NCBI GenBank assembly: GCA_043747615.1
Contig: JAYTOU010000049.1
Location: forward strand, 1-64,000
Length of the DNA: 64,000 nt
DNA from: Myxococcales bacterium
Lineage (GTDB): Bacteria > Myxococcota_A > Polyangia > Polyangiales > Polyangiaceae
Reading direction: 5' to 3'
How positions within the stretch are numbered: position 1 is the first letter of the stretch; each line of letters opens with the position of its first letter. Positions 18,867 to 28,378 of this stretch are shown here, piece by piece. A program made the position numbers and the translations under genes. The notes below the pieces were generated by a model that did not search any database, was not told the origin of the DNA, and saw only the letters and a program-made list of their open reading frames with translations.

Positions 18867-19498
18867 ATCTTGCCGGGCTCAGCGTCCTTGGCGACGCTCG
18901 GCGACGATCCGACGTCGGCCGATTTCGCGGGGGCGATGGACGCCGGTGCGCTCTCGACGCGCTTGAACGGACGCGAAGGCTCGACCGCGACGGCGACGAC
19001 CGACGGTGAAGCCGCCGACGGCCGGACGCTCGCGGTTGGTTCGACCGCGGGGACACTAGTGGCAGCGGGCGCGGCGGGACGCGCCGGGTCGCCTGCGCTT
19101 ACCGTGGAAACGGTGGCGCCACGAACGACGGATTCCTTGGTCGGAGGGTCTCCGATGTCGAGGCTGCAATCGCCGAAGGTCACCTGCATGCCTGCGCTCT
19201 GGGTGAGGCGCACTTCGAGAGACTTGGCGCGGATGATTGTCTTGTCTTTCACCGTGCCCGAGAGCTGAACGAGGTCGGCGTCGAATTCTCCCGACAGCTC
19301 GCCGGAGGAGCGGAGCTCGGCGACTTTCACCCGGCCGTGCACTGCGCCAGAGGAGCTCACGGTGAGTGAAGGCGCGGCGACGTCACCTTCGATTTTTCCC
19401 CTAACGACCACAGCGCAGTTCGACGAGAGCGAGCCCTTGAACTGCGTCCCCTCTTCGACCAGCGTCTGCTTCGCGGGGCTGACGTTCTTTTCGCTCAT
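18863..19498 (-). CDS. Bactofilin (polymer-forming cytoskeletal protein) with Pro/Ala/Ser-rich tail
   Basis: TLVEEGTQFKGSL...VVVRGKIEGDV...LTVSSSGAVHGRV. Confidence 0.88.
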   Translation of the reverse strand: MSEKNVSPAKQTLVEEGTQFKGSLSSNCAVVVRGKIEGDVAAPSLTVSSSGAVHGRVKVAELRSSGELSGEFDADLVQLSGTVKDKTIIRAKSLEVRLTQSAGMQVTFGDCSLDIGDPPTKESVVRGATVSTVSAGDPARPAAPAATSVPAVEPTASVRPSAASPSVVAVAVEPSRPFKRVESAPASIAPAKSADVGSSPSVAKDAEPGKI

Positions 19499-20790
19499 GC
19501 TTTTCCACCTTTCGCAGCCTGAGGTCCACGCTTGCTGATCTTTATCCGAAGCTTGCAACCTGGCTCGAATCCGAATCGCGTTCCGTCGTCTGGAGCCTGC
19601 TCGACGGCGCCAACCAGGCATCCGCCCGAGGTCACCACGAGCTCCCGCGGGCCAACAATGCCGGGGGCCTCGCGCTCGAAGAAATGACCGTTGATCGTGA
19701 TCTTTCCGAAGCCCGTGATCTTGCAGCCGGCGAGGACTCCCGCCTTGCCGATGACGAGCTCGGTGCCTTTTCCTAAAGTGATCGAGCACTGCTCGAAGAG
19801 ACTTTCGATCTCCACCGACGCTCCCTCCTCGAATTCCAAGCTGGCGTTGCGCAGGGTGTCACCATGCCCAAAAAATCTCTTCCCAACTCCTGCGCGCGGC
19901 GCTGCTGCGCTCAGCGCAACCGGCGGAGGCGCGGCCGTCGTCTTCGGTCCCTCGCTGAGATATTCGAGGATCTGCGAGGCGGGAATTTTTGCCGAACCGT
20001 CGCCGGCGAGGCTGGTGTCGATCGAATCCCCTTTGACGGCGCGCACCGGTTTGCCGGTCCCCGTGATCCCTCCGAGCTTCGCGCCGGCGACGTTCGCTCC
20101 TTCGAGACTGGCAGCGGTCAGGTTTGCGTGCCGCGCATCTGCCTGCGAGAGATCGGCGTCGTTGAGCGCGGTGTGGGAAAGGTTCGCCTTGAGGAGAGAG
20201 ACGCCGGAGAGCTTCGCCCGTCGCATGTTGGCGTGGGAGAGATCCGTCGAGTTGAGACGGGCGTCCGTGAAGTCTGCATCTTCGCAGTTCGCCGAGTGAA
20301 GGTTCGCGTTCGACAGATCGGCCAAGAGGAGCTTTGCTTGGCCGAGGTAGCACTCCACGAGATCGGCGTTGGCGAGCACCGCGCCGCTCAAATCCGCACC
20401 GCTCAAGTTCGCCGAATGAAGCTGAGCGTAGCTGAACTTCGCGCCGGTGAGGTCCGCGCCGACCAGGTTCGCCCCTTCGAGATTCGCGCGACTGAAATTC
20501 GCGCCGGCCAAGATGGCTCCTTCGAGGTTTGCGCCTTCGAGGTCTGCGTTGTCGAGGTTCGCCTCTCGGAGATCCGCGGTCACCAGGTAAGCTTCGCGGA
20601 GGCTGGCGTTCTTGAGGTTTGCGCGACTTAGCCGGGCGCCTTCGAGATTGGCGCCTTCGAGATCGCATCTTCGGAGGTTGCCCCCTTCGAGCGTAGCCCC
20701 GGCCAGATTCACGCCGCGCAAATCAGCGCGTTCGATTCTCTCGCCGCGCTTAATTTTGCTGAGGATTACGTCAGGTGTGAAGTCGGGCAT
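19495..20790 (-). CDS. Pentapeptide-repeat protein with C-terminal bactofilin-like domain
   Basis: Long run of A(N/D)LxG repeats; C-terminal LVIGKAGVLAGCKI...ITINGHF...LVVTSGGCLVGAV. Confidence 0.85.
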   Translation of the reverse strand: MPDFTPDVILSKIKRGERIERADLRGVNLAGATLEGGNLRRCDLEGANLEGARLSRANLKNASLREAYLVTADLREANLDNADLEGANLEGAILAGANFSRANLEGANLVGADLTGAKFSYAQLHSANLSGADLSGAVLANADLVECYLGQAKLLLADLSNANLHSANCEDADFTDARLNSTDLSHANMRRAKLSGVSLLKANLSHTALNDADLSQADARHANLTAASLEGANVAGAKLGGITGTGKPVRAVKGDSIDTSLAGDGSAKIPASQILEYLSEGPKTTAAPPPVALSAAAPRAGVGKRFFGHGDTLRNASLEFEEGASVEIESLFEQCSITLGKGTELVIGKAGVLAGCKITGFGKITINGHFFEREAPGIVGPRELVVTSGGCLVGAVEQAPDDGTRFGFEPGCKLRIKISKRGPQAAKGGKA

Positions 20791-20819
20791 CGTTGAAGGC
20801 TTCCTCTCCCCTTACTCGG

Positions 20820-22100
20820 TCAACGCTTGGTCGGGTCGGGCGGCGTGCCCGTCTCGCCTTTGAGGTATCGCTCGATTCTGTCGAGTCTCCGCTCGAAAGA
20901 AACTTTCTCCATGGCCTGCACGCGCTCGACTTCGCCGAGGCGAGCCATCAGCACCTGGACGCGCACGAAAATTTCGTTGCGTGACTGACGGAGGTGCCGC
21001 TTTCGCGCGAGCGCGTCGTCCGACCAACCCTCCGACGCTTTCTCGTACTCGTTGTGAATTTTTCGGAGCTGCGGAGCGAGCGTTTCCAGGAGCTGACGCT
21101 CTGAAAAGCCTGGCATGTTTGCCGATTGATGTAGATCACGCCGGTAGCCTTCGACCTTCTTCACGATGCGGAGCGCGAGCTCGCGCGAGATGCCCGACGT
21201 CGCTGCGATTGACGAGGCATCGGATCCAAAGAGCGCTGCGAGGGTCGTCAGCCCGGCTGCTGCGAGCTTGCCCAGTACCGTGCGATTCACCCCCGCGACC
21301 TGGAGGAGCAGAAGGTTGACCACCGCGTCTTCCGGACTCCGCCCGCCTTCGAGCGAGAACGCGTCGGGCATCACTTCGCTGAGGCCGTTGTAAGCGGTCA
21401 GCAAGCGAAGCCGGGTTTCGCCTCGAAGGATGCGGTCCTCTCCGCGCGACGCGTCATCGAGGACGCCGCCAAACGCGTCGAGAGCAACGCAGAGCTCGGT
21501 GAGTTCCATGCTCTGCGCCGAACGCCGAAGAGACTTTACTGCCGGCGCGCACACTTGAATGGCATTTTGCTGCGCCTCGCCCGCCTTCAAATCGAGCATG
21601 AATTCCCGAACGGGGCTCATGTATTTGCTGACCAGCTCGGCGAAGAGCGCACGAACGTCCGCGTACTCGAGGCCCATCATCGCGCTGGAACCTCCGGAAA
21701 ATTTCGGCGGCGGCGGCGACGATTCTTCGATCAAAATGTCCAGCGGCTTCGAGTCGGGTGCGGGCACATGGTGCTCTCTCGTTGCCTGGGGAACGGAGCT
21801 CGGGGGCGCGTCGTCGTCGGCGTCTAACTCCTGGGTCACCGAGAAAACGACGTCGATGTCGCTCTCGACTTCGTCCTCGCTCGGAATGGTCAGACTGCGT
21901 TGACGGTGCGGCGGGATCGACTTGCGGCGAGGGCCAGACGCCTCCGCTGGCAACGCAGGAGGGTGTGCCGCTGATTCATCGCCGACGGGCTTCGTTTCTG
22001 GGCGGGCGGCGGGTGACTCCTCGGGCGTGACTCCATCCTCGGCCGGCTTCTCGCCTTCACCGCCCTGACCTTTATCGAACCGCCGTGTAAAAGTGCTCAT
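20820..22100 (-). CDS. Hypothetical protein with acidic disordered N-terminus and HhH-like motif
   Basis: LQVAGVNRTVLGKLAAAGLTT..L...IAATSGIS..LA..I resembles a helix-hairpin-helix pair. Confidence 0.7.
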   Translation of the reverse strand: MSTFTRRFDKGQGGEGEKPAEDGVTPEESPAARPETKPVGDESAAHPPALPAEASGPRRKSIPPHRQRSLTIPSEDEVESDIDVVFSVTQELDADDDAPPSSVPQATREHHVPAPDSKPLDILIEESSPPPPKFSGGSSAMMGLEYADVRALFAELVSKYMSPVREFMLDLKAGEAQQNAIQVCAPAVKSLRRSAQSMELTELCVALDAFGGVLDDASRGEDRILRGETRLRLLTAYNGLSEVMPDAFSLEGGRSPEDAVVNLLLLQVAGVNRTVLGKLAAAGLTTLAALFGSDASSIAATSGISRELALRIVKKVEGYRRDLHQSANMPGFSERQLLETLAPQLRKIHNEYEKASEGWSDDALARKRHLRQSRNEIFVRVQVLMARLGEVERVQAMEKVSFERRLDRIERYLKGETGTPPDPTKR

Positions 22101-22266
22101 TCAGCAGGGCCTCGAAAGAGCGAGCCGCGCGACGCCACGGCTCCGTCGCGCAACGGGAAGCCTCGAGCATACCGAGGCCGCGCGGCCCTTGCTTCAAATA
22201 CGGCGCAGTCGGCACTCGAGCGCGAAACAGGCGAGCCGCTCTCAGGTTTCGGCACCCGCGCGCACG

Positions 22267-25200
22267 CTACGATTTCGCCGCGCCCCACACCGTGCCGATT
22301 CGCCAGCGGAGCGCCGTCGCCTCCGGGCTCATCGCGAACCGCGCAACATCGCCGGCCAGTGGGTGCGTGAGGACGGCCGCGAGAGCGCGCGTATCGCGGG
22401 TGCTCGACGTTCGTGCGAAGACCGCATCGAGAGCGCGGAGCTCGTCGAACGTGGAGAGCAGCTCCCCGGAAGCGAGGAACGCAACGCGAGACTCGGCGCG
22501 AGCCACGGCGTGCACGAGCTCCTCAATTTCCTGCGCAGTGATTCGCGCGCTTTCGAGCTGTGGAGACAGGTCGGCGAGGAGCTTCCTCTGCTTACGCCCG
22601 ATGGCGTGCGCTACACGTGGCTGGTAGCTGGCCACGAGCTCCGCGACGTAGCGGTCCTCTGCCTCGCTCGCGAAATCGGGAACGACTTGCCGGCCCACGG
22701 CAACGAGGTAGGCGTGCACGTGCGGGGGGGGCAAATCCTCGATCCACGGGACACGCAGCGCCACCCGGGTGAGGGCGCGTGCGATCGCAGCAAGCTGCAG
22801 CGGCTCGGGCTGGCCCGTGAGCGCGGGGGGCACGACCAACCACGGCACGTCCTGGATGAAGACGCGCGCGAACGAGACTGTATCGCTGATCGCGAGCTCC
22901 ACTTCCTCGAGCGCGAGGATCCGCATGACGCGATCGAGCTGCGCCCGGAACGGATGTCCACTCCGTGCACCGATCCGTTCGCGAGCCGAAATCCCTAGCT
23001 CGCTTAGGTTTGCGCGGAAAATTTTTCCTTCCATCCCAGACGCCGCCGCCGCCACCTCGAGCAGGACGTGGCGCCCCTCGGGAGGGAGGGCGCGCTTCAC
23101 GAGGGTGGCACGATCGAGGCCCTCGACCGAGGACGGATCGTAAGGAAGTCGCCGCGAGCGGAGCCACACGTGGGCGCCGTCGTCGAGGCCGCCTGCGAGG
23201 TCCCGGAGCTCTCGCACCGCGATCGCCTCCTCACCGCGTCGACTGCTGGAGAGCACGCGCTCCAGCAGTTCCAGGCCGGCACCTTGGTCCTTCAGCGCGA
23301 GGAACGGGTGGGGATCCGGCGTGATCATCGGCAAGAGCGTGCCCGCTGCCTCCTCGTTGCCACCGATGCGCGCGAGCGCGCGTGACAGGTGAAAACGGCT
23401 TTCGAAGAGGGTCGGATCGAGCTGCACGGCCTGACGCAGATGGCTAATACCTTCCTGCGACCGACCCATCGACTCGACCTCGAGCTCGCCGAGCGCGGCG
23501 AGCCACCCGGCGTCCACACGACCAAGCTTTTGTCCGCGCGAAACGACCGCAGCAAGCGCGCGCGCCTGCGACGTCTGGTCTCCTTCATGGAACGCGGTGA
23601 GACGCGCGAGCACGTTGGCATTCGGAGCTTGCGCCGCAGCTTCGATGAGAGCGCGCTCCGCCCCCGCGCGATCCTCCATGCTGGTGCGCAGATCGAAGAC
23701 CTCCATCAAGATCGCCTGCTTCGCTTCGGCTGTCGGCTCGGCGTCGACCAACCGCTCGAGAAGCCCGGCGAGCTGCTCACGCACGGCTCCCGGTGCCGAG
23801 GCCTCCGTCGTGCGCAGATGGCGAATGAGTGCTCGCAGCGCCCGAGGACCGGTGGGCTCGAGATCGAGCGCCGCCCGAAGCACACGCTCGACGTCCGCCG
23901 GCTGAGCCACCACGCGCTCGTACAAGCTCGCCAAGCCGAAGAGCGCCGTCAGCTTTTGCGGGGTCTCGCGCGAGGTGCTTACCACCGTCTCGAGAACTTC
24001 GATCGCTTCACGCCAGCCCCGATGCGCGATGTAGAGCTCGGCTAGCGTGAGGAGCGAAGGTATGTGCCGAGGAGCGACTTCCCGTACCCGCCGCATCGCG
24101 TCGATGGCGATGGTCAGATCGTGGAGCTCGTCCCGCGCGATGCGCGCAATCTCTCCGCCGAGCATCACGATGGCGTCGGGGGCCTGCGCGCGGCGAATTG
24201 CGGAGCGGAAAGCCGCGACCAGGCGATCGTTCTGGTGCTCTTCGGCGCGCAGAGTGCCCAGTCTGCCCGCCGCCGGGATCGATTCCGGATCGGCCTCGAG
24301 CGCTTGCTCGAGCATTTCTGCAGCGCGCAGACGTCGCCCTTTCGGCTCGCCCAAACGCGGTTCCTGGGCGGTAAGAAGAAGGTCAGCAGCCTCGAGGAGA
24401 TGACGCGCACGCACCTTCGGATCCGTTGCCAGATCGGCGAGAGCGACCGCCGCTACGAGCCCCGCCTCGGCGTCGCGCAGCTGCGTGGCGAGGCGCGCTG
24501 CCCCCGACGCCGCAGTGACCGAGAGAGGATCGATCCGTAGCGCCGCGCGGTAATGCTCGATCGCATCCGCCGCGCCCGGGTCGGTAGGATCGCCTTCGCG
24601 CTCGAGAAGCGTTCCAAGCTGAAGATGAATCGCCAGGATTCCGGTGTCGTCCGAAGCATGCCGGAGGAGACCTCGAAGCGCGCTCACTGCCAGGGCGCGT
24701 CCTGAAGAATCTGCCATCCGCGTGTGCACGAGCGCGCGACGAAGCGAGGCGTCGAGCGCGGCTCGATCGCCCGGCGCGAGCTCCAGGATACGCTGGTAAA
24801 CGGCTGCGTCCGTGCTCTCCGGGAGCTGCCACTCGACGAGCGCGGCCACCCCCCAGAGCGCGCCGAGCTTCGCGATGGGCGAGCTGAAGGCCGCCGCTTC
24901 TTGACAGAGCGTGTTGGCGAGAAGCGGCAGGGAGCAGGTCGCGCGAGCGATCCCTTCGAGCGTGCGCAACGCAGGGACGTGGTTCGGATCTTGAGCGAGC
25001 ACCGATTCGACGAGCGCCGTTGCCTGTGCGACGTCGGTACCCGCGCCGAGAAGGAGCATCGCCCGCTCGAAGGCTCCTGCGCGCCCAAGCGTGGTGGAAG
25101 GCGCGTCGACCCCCGCAGGGAGCAGCGTCGCAAGAGCCATCGCGGGCGCGATTCGCGCGAGCACCCGTACCAAGCGCTCGACGATGAGCTCGTCGTCCGG

Positions 25201-27675
25201 GGTCTCTGCGAGCGCGCGCCCATAGAGGCTGGCCGCACCAGCGTCATCGCTCAAGCGAAGCTCGTCGATCTCTGCGGCACGTACGAGATGACGGGCGCGC
25301 TCGGTTGGCGTCGTGGCGTCGGTCGCCAGCTCCTCGAGCGCAGCCCGCAGTCCCTCGTGATCGCCCAAGCTCTCCAGCACGCGCGCGATCGCTTCGGGCG
25401 GCACGGGATGTTTGGAATCGAGCTTTCTCGCCGCCTTGAGCGACGCCAGCGCTTCCCGAGGGAGATTGAGCCTCGTTTTCTGCACGTCTGCTTGAGCGAG
25501 CCAGAGCGCGAGCTTTTCCTTGTCGTCCTTGGCCTGACCGATCCGCGCGGAGAGGGCGCGGCCCGCGAGCTCCCAACGCCCGGCTGCCTCGTGCAGCTGA
25601 CTCTCGAGCTTTCGCGCCTGGGCTTGCGAGGGAGACGCCTTGAGGACGTCTTCGACCAGAGCGAGCGCGCGGTCCGCGTCGACGCCGGCAAGCACCTCGG
25701 CGGCACGCGTCGTGAGCTCGAGCTTCGTCGCTTGGTCGCCCGCGTCGCGTGCTTCATCGAGGAGCGCGCGCGACACAGCACGCGGATTTTTCGCGCGGGC
25801 TGCCGTCCTCTCGAGACCGAGGAGAGCTCCTCGCCTATGCGGATCGATCGTCAGTACTGCCTCGTACGCTTTGCCAGCGAGCTCGGACTCGCCCATCACT
25901 TCTTCCCACAGGAGCGCGACCTTCTCGAGGTAAGCCACCTTACGGGCGGGATCTTTCGTTCGATCCGCCGCATGCGCGTAGAGCGCAATCCGGGCCCTCA
26001 CGTCACCACTCGCTGGCTCGCTCGGCGCAGCAGTGAGGAGGCGCGTAAGGGGATCGAAAACTTCCGCGCTCTCCGGTGACGTCACCCACGCGGCACGCAA
26101 ATGGGCGATGGCATCGGCCGTACGCCCGAGGGACTCGCAAATCTCCGCCGCCCGAACCAGCGCGTAGGTGCGCTTCTCGTCGTCGGTGGAGCGAGCGGAT
26201 TCGTCCGCCCACAGAGTCGCGCGTGCGTCCTGCTTTCCGGCCGCCGCGAGGAGACGATCCGCCCACGCTAGGAGCGCTTCGTCAGAGGGATCAAGCGCGC
26301 GCGCCCGTTCGATCTCGCGGATCGCGCCTTCGGTGTCGCCCAGCTGCTCCGAGAGCGTGGCGAGAGCGCGGTGTTCGTGCGACTCCGGAAGCGGTGTCGC
26401 GAAGAACTTGAGCCGCGCGCGGCGGGCGCGAAGTGCATCTGCGGGTCGCCCGGCACCCTCGTGGATCCTCACGAGCTCGTCGAGGATCCGCCTTTCGGTG
26501 GCTGGTAACATTTGAGTGCGTGTCGCCGCTCGTTCGAGTAGGCGCGTCGCCCGCGGCACGTCGTCGAGGCGCGCGGCAGCGATGCAGGCTGCATCGAGCT
26601 CGAGCCACGCCGACCGCGCGCCGTTCGGCTCGATGCCGGCCTCGTCCTCGAGCAGGGTGACGAGCGACGCCGCGTCTTGATGGATGGCCGCGTGCCTGAT
26701 GCAAGCATTTCGCACCGGACCAACGCCCGAGTCGATGACGAGCGCGCGCGAAAGCGCTTCCCACGCTCCGTCGGTCTGACCGAGTTTTCGATCGAGAATT
26801 TGAGCCCGTTCGACGTGTAGCCAGGCCGCGAGCTTCGGCTCGGACGCGTAGGCCACCGCCATTCGCGCGAGGTGCGCCGCGTGCTCTTCGTAGGCCTTCG
26901 TTCCTCCCTTGGCGGCCATACGGACGGCTTCGATACCTTTGAGCGCAGCGGGATGCTCGGGCGCTGCGGCGAGCGCGTCTTCCCACGCTACACGGATCGC
27001 TTCGGGCTTTTCGCCCGCCGCTTCGAGGAGCCGCCCACGCTCCGCGATCAGATCCGCGCGCGATCCATCCGAGCACGCCGAGATCTCGGACCCGAGGTGC
27101 TCGAGCAGGACCTTCGCGCTCGACCGGCCATGCTGCGTGCGTCGCAGAAGCGCGTGCGCGGCCGTGAGGTCGGGATCGATCTTGAGCGCAGCGTGCGCAT
27201 GGAGCGTTGCCCGCGATCCGTCGCCGAGCACCTCCTCGGCGAGCGCGATCTCGAGCTCCACCCGCGCGATGCCGATCTTGTCACTCTTCGCCGCAAGCGC
27301 GGATTTTCGGGCGACGAGCGCGTCGACCAGCTCCGAAAGGCGGGTGCGCACGATGACGGGCACACCCGGCGTCTTCAGCGGCACGACACCGAGCGGCGTG
27401 CGCAACGACACCGTCGTCTGCATCGGCGGCACCTTTGTGACACGGCCCTTCGGGAGGGGCGGCGGCGGCTTGGGAAATTTGGACCCTTGCATGGGCGTTG
27501 GGTGACGCGACCCCGGGATGGGGGGCGGAGCCGACGGAGCCCTCGGCGCGATGGGAGCGGAACCCGTGGGCGGAGGCTTCGGCGCACCGGCACGCGGCAC
27601 TTCGACGTCCTCTACGGCGAGGAGATCGTCGACACCGTCGGATGCTGCGAGATCGCTGGTGGGAGGGTCGGCCAT
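22267..27675 (-). CDS. Very large TPR-repeat protein (1802 aa)
   Basis: Pro-rich N-terminus, then many AL..DP..A-type TPR repeats. Confidence 0.88.
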   Translation of the reverse strand: MADPPTSDLAASDGVDDLLAVEDVEVPRAGAPKPPPTGSAPIAPRAPSAPPPIPGSRHPTPMQGSKFPKPPPPLPKGRVTKVPPMQTTVSLRTPLGVVPLKTPGVPVIVRTRLSELVDALVARKSALAAKSDKIGIARVELEIALAEEVLGDGSRATLHAHAALKIDPDLTAAHALLRRTQHGRSSAKVLLEHLGSEISACSDGSRADLIAERGRLLEAAGEKPEAIRVAWEDALAAAPEHPAALKGIEAVRMAAKGGTKAYEEHAAHLARMAVAYASEPKLAAWLHVERAQILDRKLGQTDGAWEALSRALVIDSGVGPVRNACIRHAAIHQDAASLVTLLEDEAGIEPNGARSAWLELDAACIAAARLDDVPRATRLLERAATRTQMLPATERRILDELVRIHEGAGRPADALRARRARLKFFATPLPESHEHRALATLSEQLGDTEGAIREIERARALDPSDEALLAWADRLLAAAGKQDARATLWADESARSTDDEKRTYALVRAAEICESLGRTADAIAHLRAAWVTSPESAEVFDPLTRLLTAAPSEPASGDVRARIALYAHAADRTKDPARKVAYLEKVALLWEEVMGESELAGKAYEAVLTIDPHRRGALLGLERTAARAKNPRAVSRALLDEARDAGDQATKLELTTRAAEVLAGVDADRALALVEDVLKASPSQAQARKLESQLHEAAGRWELAGRALSARIGQAKDDKEKLALWLAQADVQKTRLNLPREALASLKAARKLDSKHPVPPEAIARVLESLGDHEGLRAALEELATDATTPTERARHLVRAAEIDELRLSDDAGAASLYGRALAETPDDELIVERLVRVLARIAPAMALATLLPAGVDAPSTTLGRAGAFERAMLLLGAGTDVAQATALVESVLAQDPNHVPALRTLEGIARATCSLPLLANTLCQEAAAFSSPIAKLGALWGVAALVEWQLPESTDAAVYQRILELAPGDRAALDASLRRALVHTRMADSSGRALAVSALRGLLRHASDDTGILAIHLQLGTLLEREGDPTDPGAADAIEHYRAALRIDPLSVTAASGAARLATQLRDAEAGLVAAVALADLATDPKVRARHLLEAADLLLTAQEPRLGEPKGRRLRAAEMLEQALEADPESIPAAGRLGTLRAEEHQNDRLVAAFRSAIRRAQAPDAIVMLGGEIARIARDELHDLTIAIDAMRRVREVAPRHIPSLLTLAELYIAHRGWREAIEVLETVVSTSRETPQKLTALFGLASLYERVVAQPADVERVLRAALDLEPTGPRALRALIRHLRTTEASAPGAVREQLAGLLERLVDAEPTAEAKQAILMEVFDLRTSMEDRAGAERALIEAAAQAPNANVLARLTAFHEGDQTSQARALAAVVSRGQKLGRVDAGWLAALGELEVESMGRSQEGISHLRQAVQLDPTLFESRFHLSRALARIGGNEEAAGTLLPMITPDPHPFLALKDQGAGLELLERVLSSSRRGEEAIAVRELRDLAGGLDDGAHVWLRSRRLPYDPSSVEGLDRATLVKRALPPEGRHVLLEVAAAASGMEGKIFRANLSELGISARERIGARSGHPFRAQLDRVMRILALEEVELAISDTVSFARVFIQDVPWLVVPPALTGQPEPLQLAAIARALTRVALRVPWIEDLPPPHVHAYLVAVGRQVVPDFASEAEDRYVAELVASYQPRVAHAIGRKQRKLLADLSPQLESARITAQEIEELVHAVARAESRVAFLASGELLSTFDELRALDAVFARTSSTRDTRALAAVLTHPLAGDVARFAMSPEATALRWRIGTVWGAAKS

Positions 27676-27799
27676 CGGAGCGGAGTCATCCTCTCACGAG
27701 TTCGCAAACGCTTCTACTGGACGCGCGGCCGGGCTAGCCCGTCCCGGATCTCTTATCGTTAGCCTATGATGCCTTCGTGAACGATCGAGTTGTATCAAA

Positions 27800-28378
27800 A
27801 TGAAGCCGGGCCTCGGCGTGCGTCATTGCCCGCACTGCAATGCAAAAGTCGCAGGCGCCGGGAGCAAGCTCCTCCGTGACTGTCCGTCGTGCGGCGCGAA
27901 TCTCGACGGACACTCGTTCTCACGACCAGCGAAGCAAAGTGGCGCGCTCATCCCGTGGATCGTCGTCGCGCTCTCATGCGTAGTGATAGGGATCGGTATC
28001 GCGGTATTCTTCCAAGTGCGTGCACTGCAGGAAAAAACGCCTGCGACGAGCGCGGCGGTGACGGCCGACGCTGGCCCCTCTCCAAGCTCCCATCTGCTCG
28101 CCTTCAAGACCTTCGAGCGTGAGGCGGCGACGCAGCAACTGAGCGACGCGGCGGAGACCATCGATGATTGCCGCGAACCGGGAGGACCAGCGAGCAGCAC
28201 CATCGTCACCACGATCGTGCTTCAACCCAATGGAAAGGTGAGCGACGTCACCTTCGCCCGCTCGGGGTTCAACGAGACCGCCGCGGGCAAGTGCATCATC
28301 GAGCGCTTCTCGAAGATCCGTGTCCCGCCTTTTTCCGGGCCTAGCGAGAAGCTCTCGAAGTCCGTCACGCTGCCGTGA
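27800..28378 (+). CDS. Zinc-ribbon + TM + TonB-C/AgmX-PglI-like domain protein
   Basis: CPHC...CPSC; one TM; IVLQPNGKV..V...AGKCIIERFSKIRVPPFSG. Confidence 0.75.
   Translation: MKPGLGVRHCPHCNAKVAGAGSKLLRDCPSCGANLDGHSFSRPAKQSGALIPWIVVALSCVVIGIGIAVFFQVRALQEKTPATSAAVTADAGPSPSSHLLAFKTFEREAATQQLSDAAETIDDCREPGGPASSTIVTTIVLQPNGKVSDVTFARSGFNETAAGKCIIERFSKIRVPPFSGPSEKLSKSVTLP

Noticed and set aside
20070..20730. Repetitive DNA considered as a CRISPR or tandem repeat
   Set aside because: The 15-nt periodicity is explained by pentapeptide coding repeats; no spacers or cas genes
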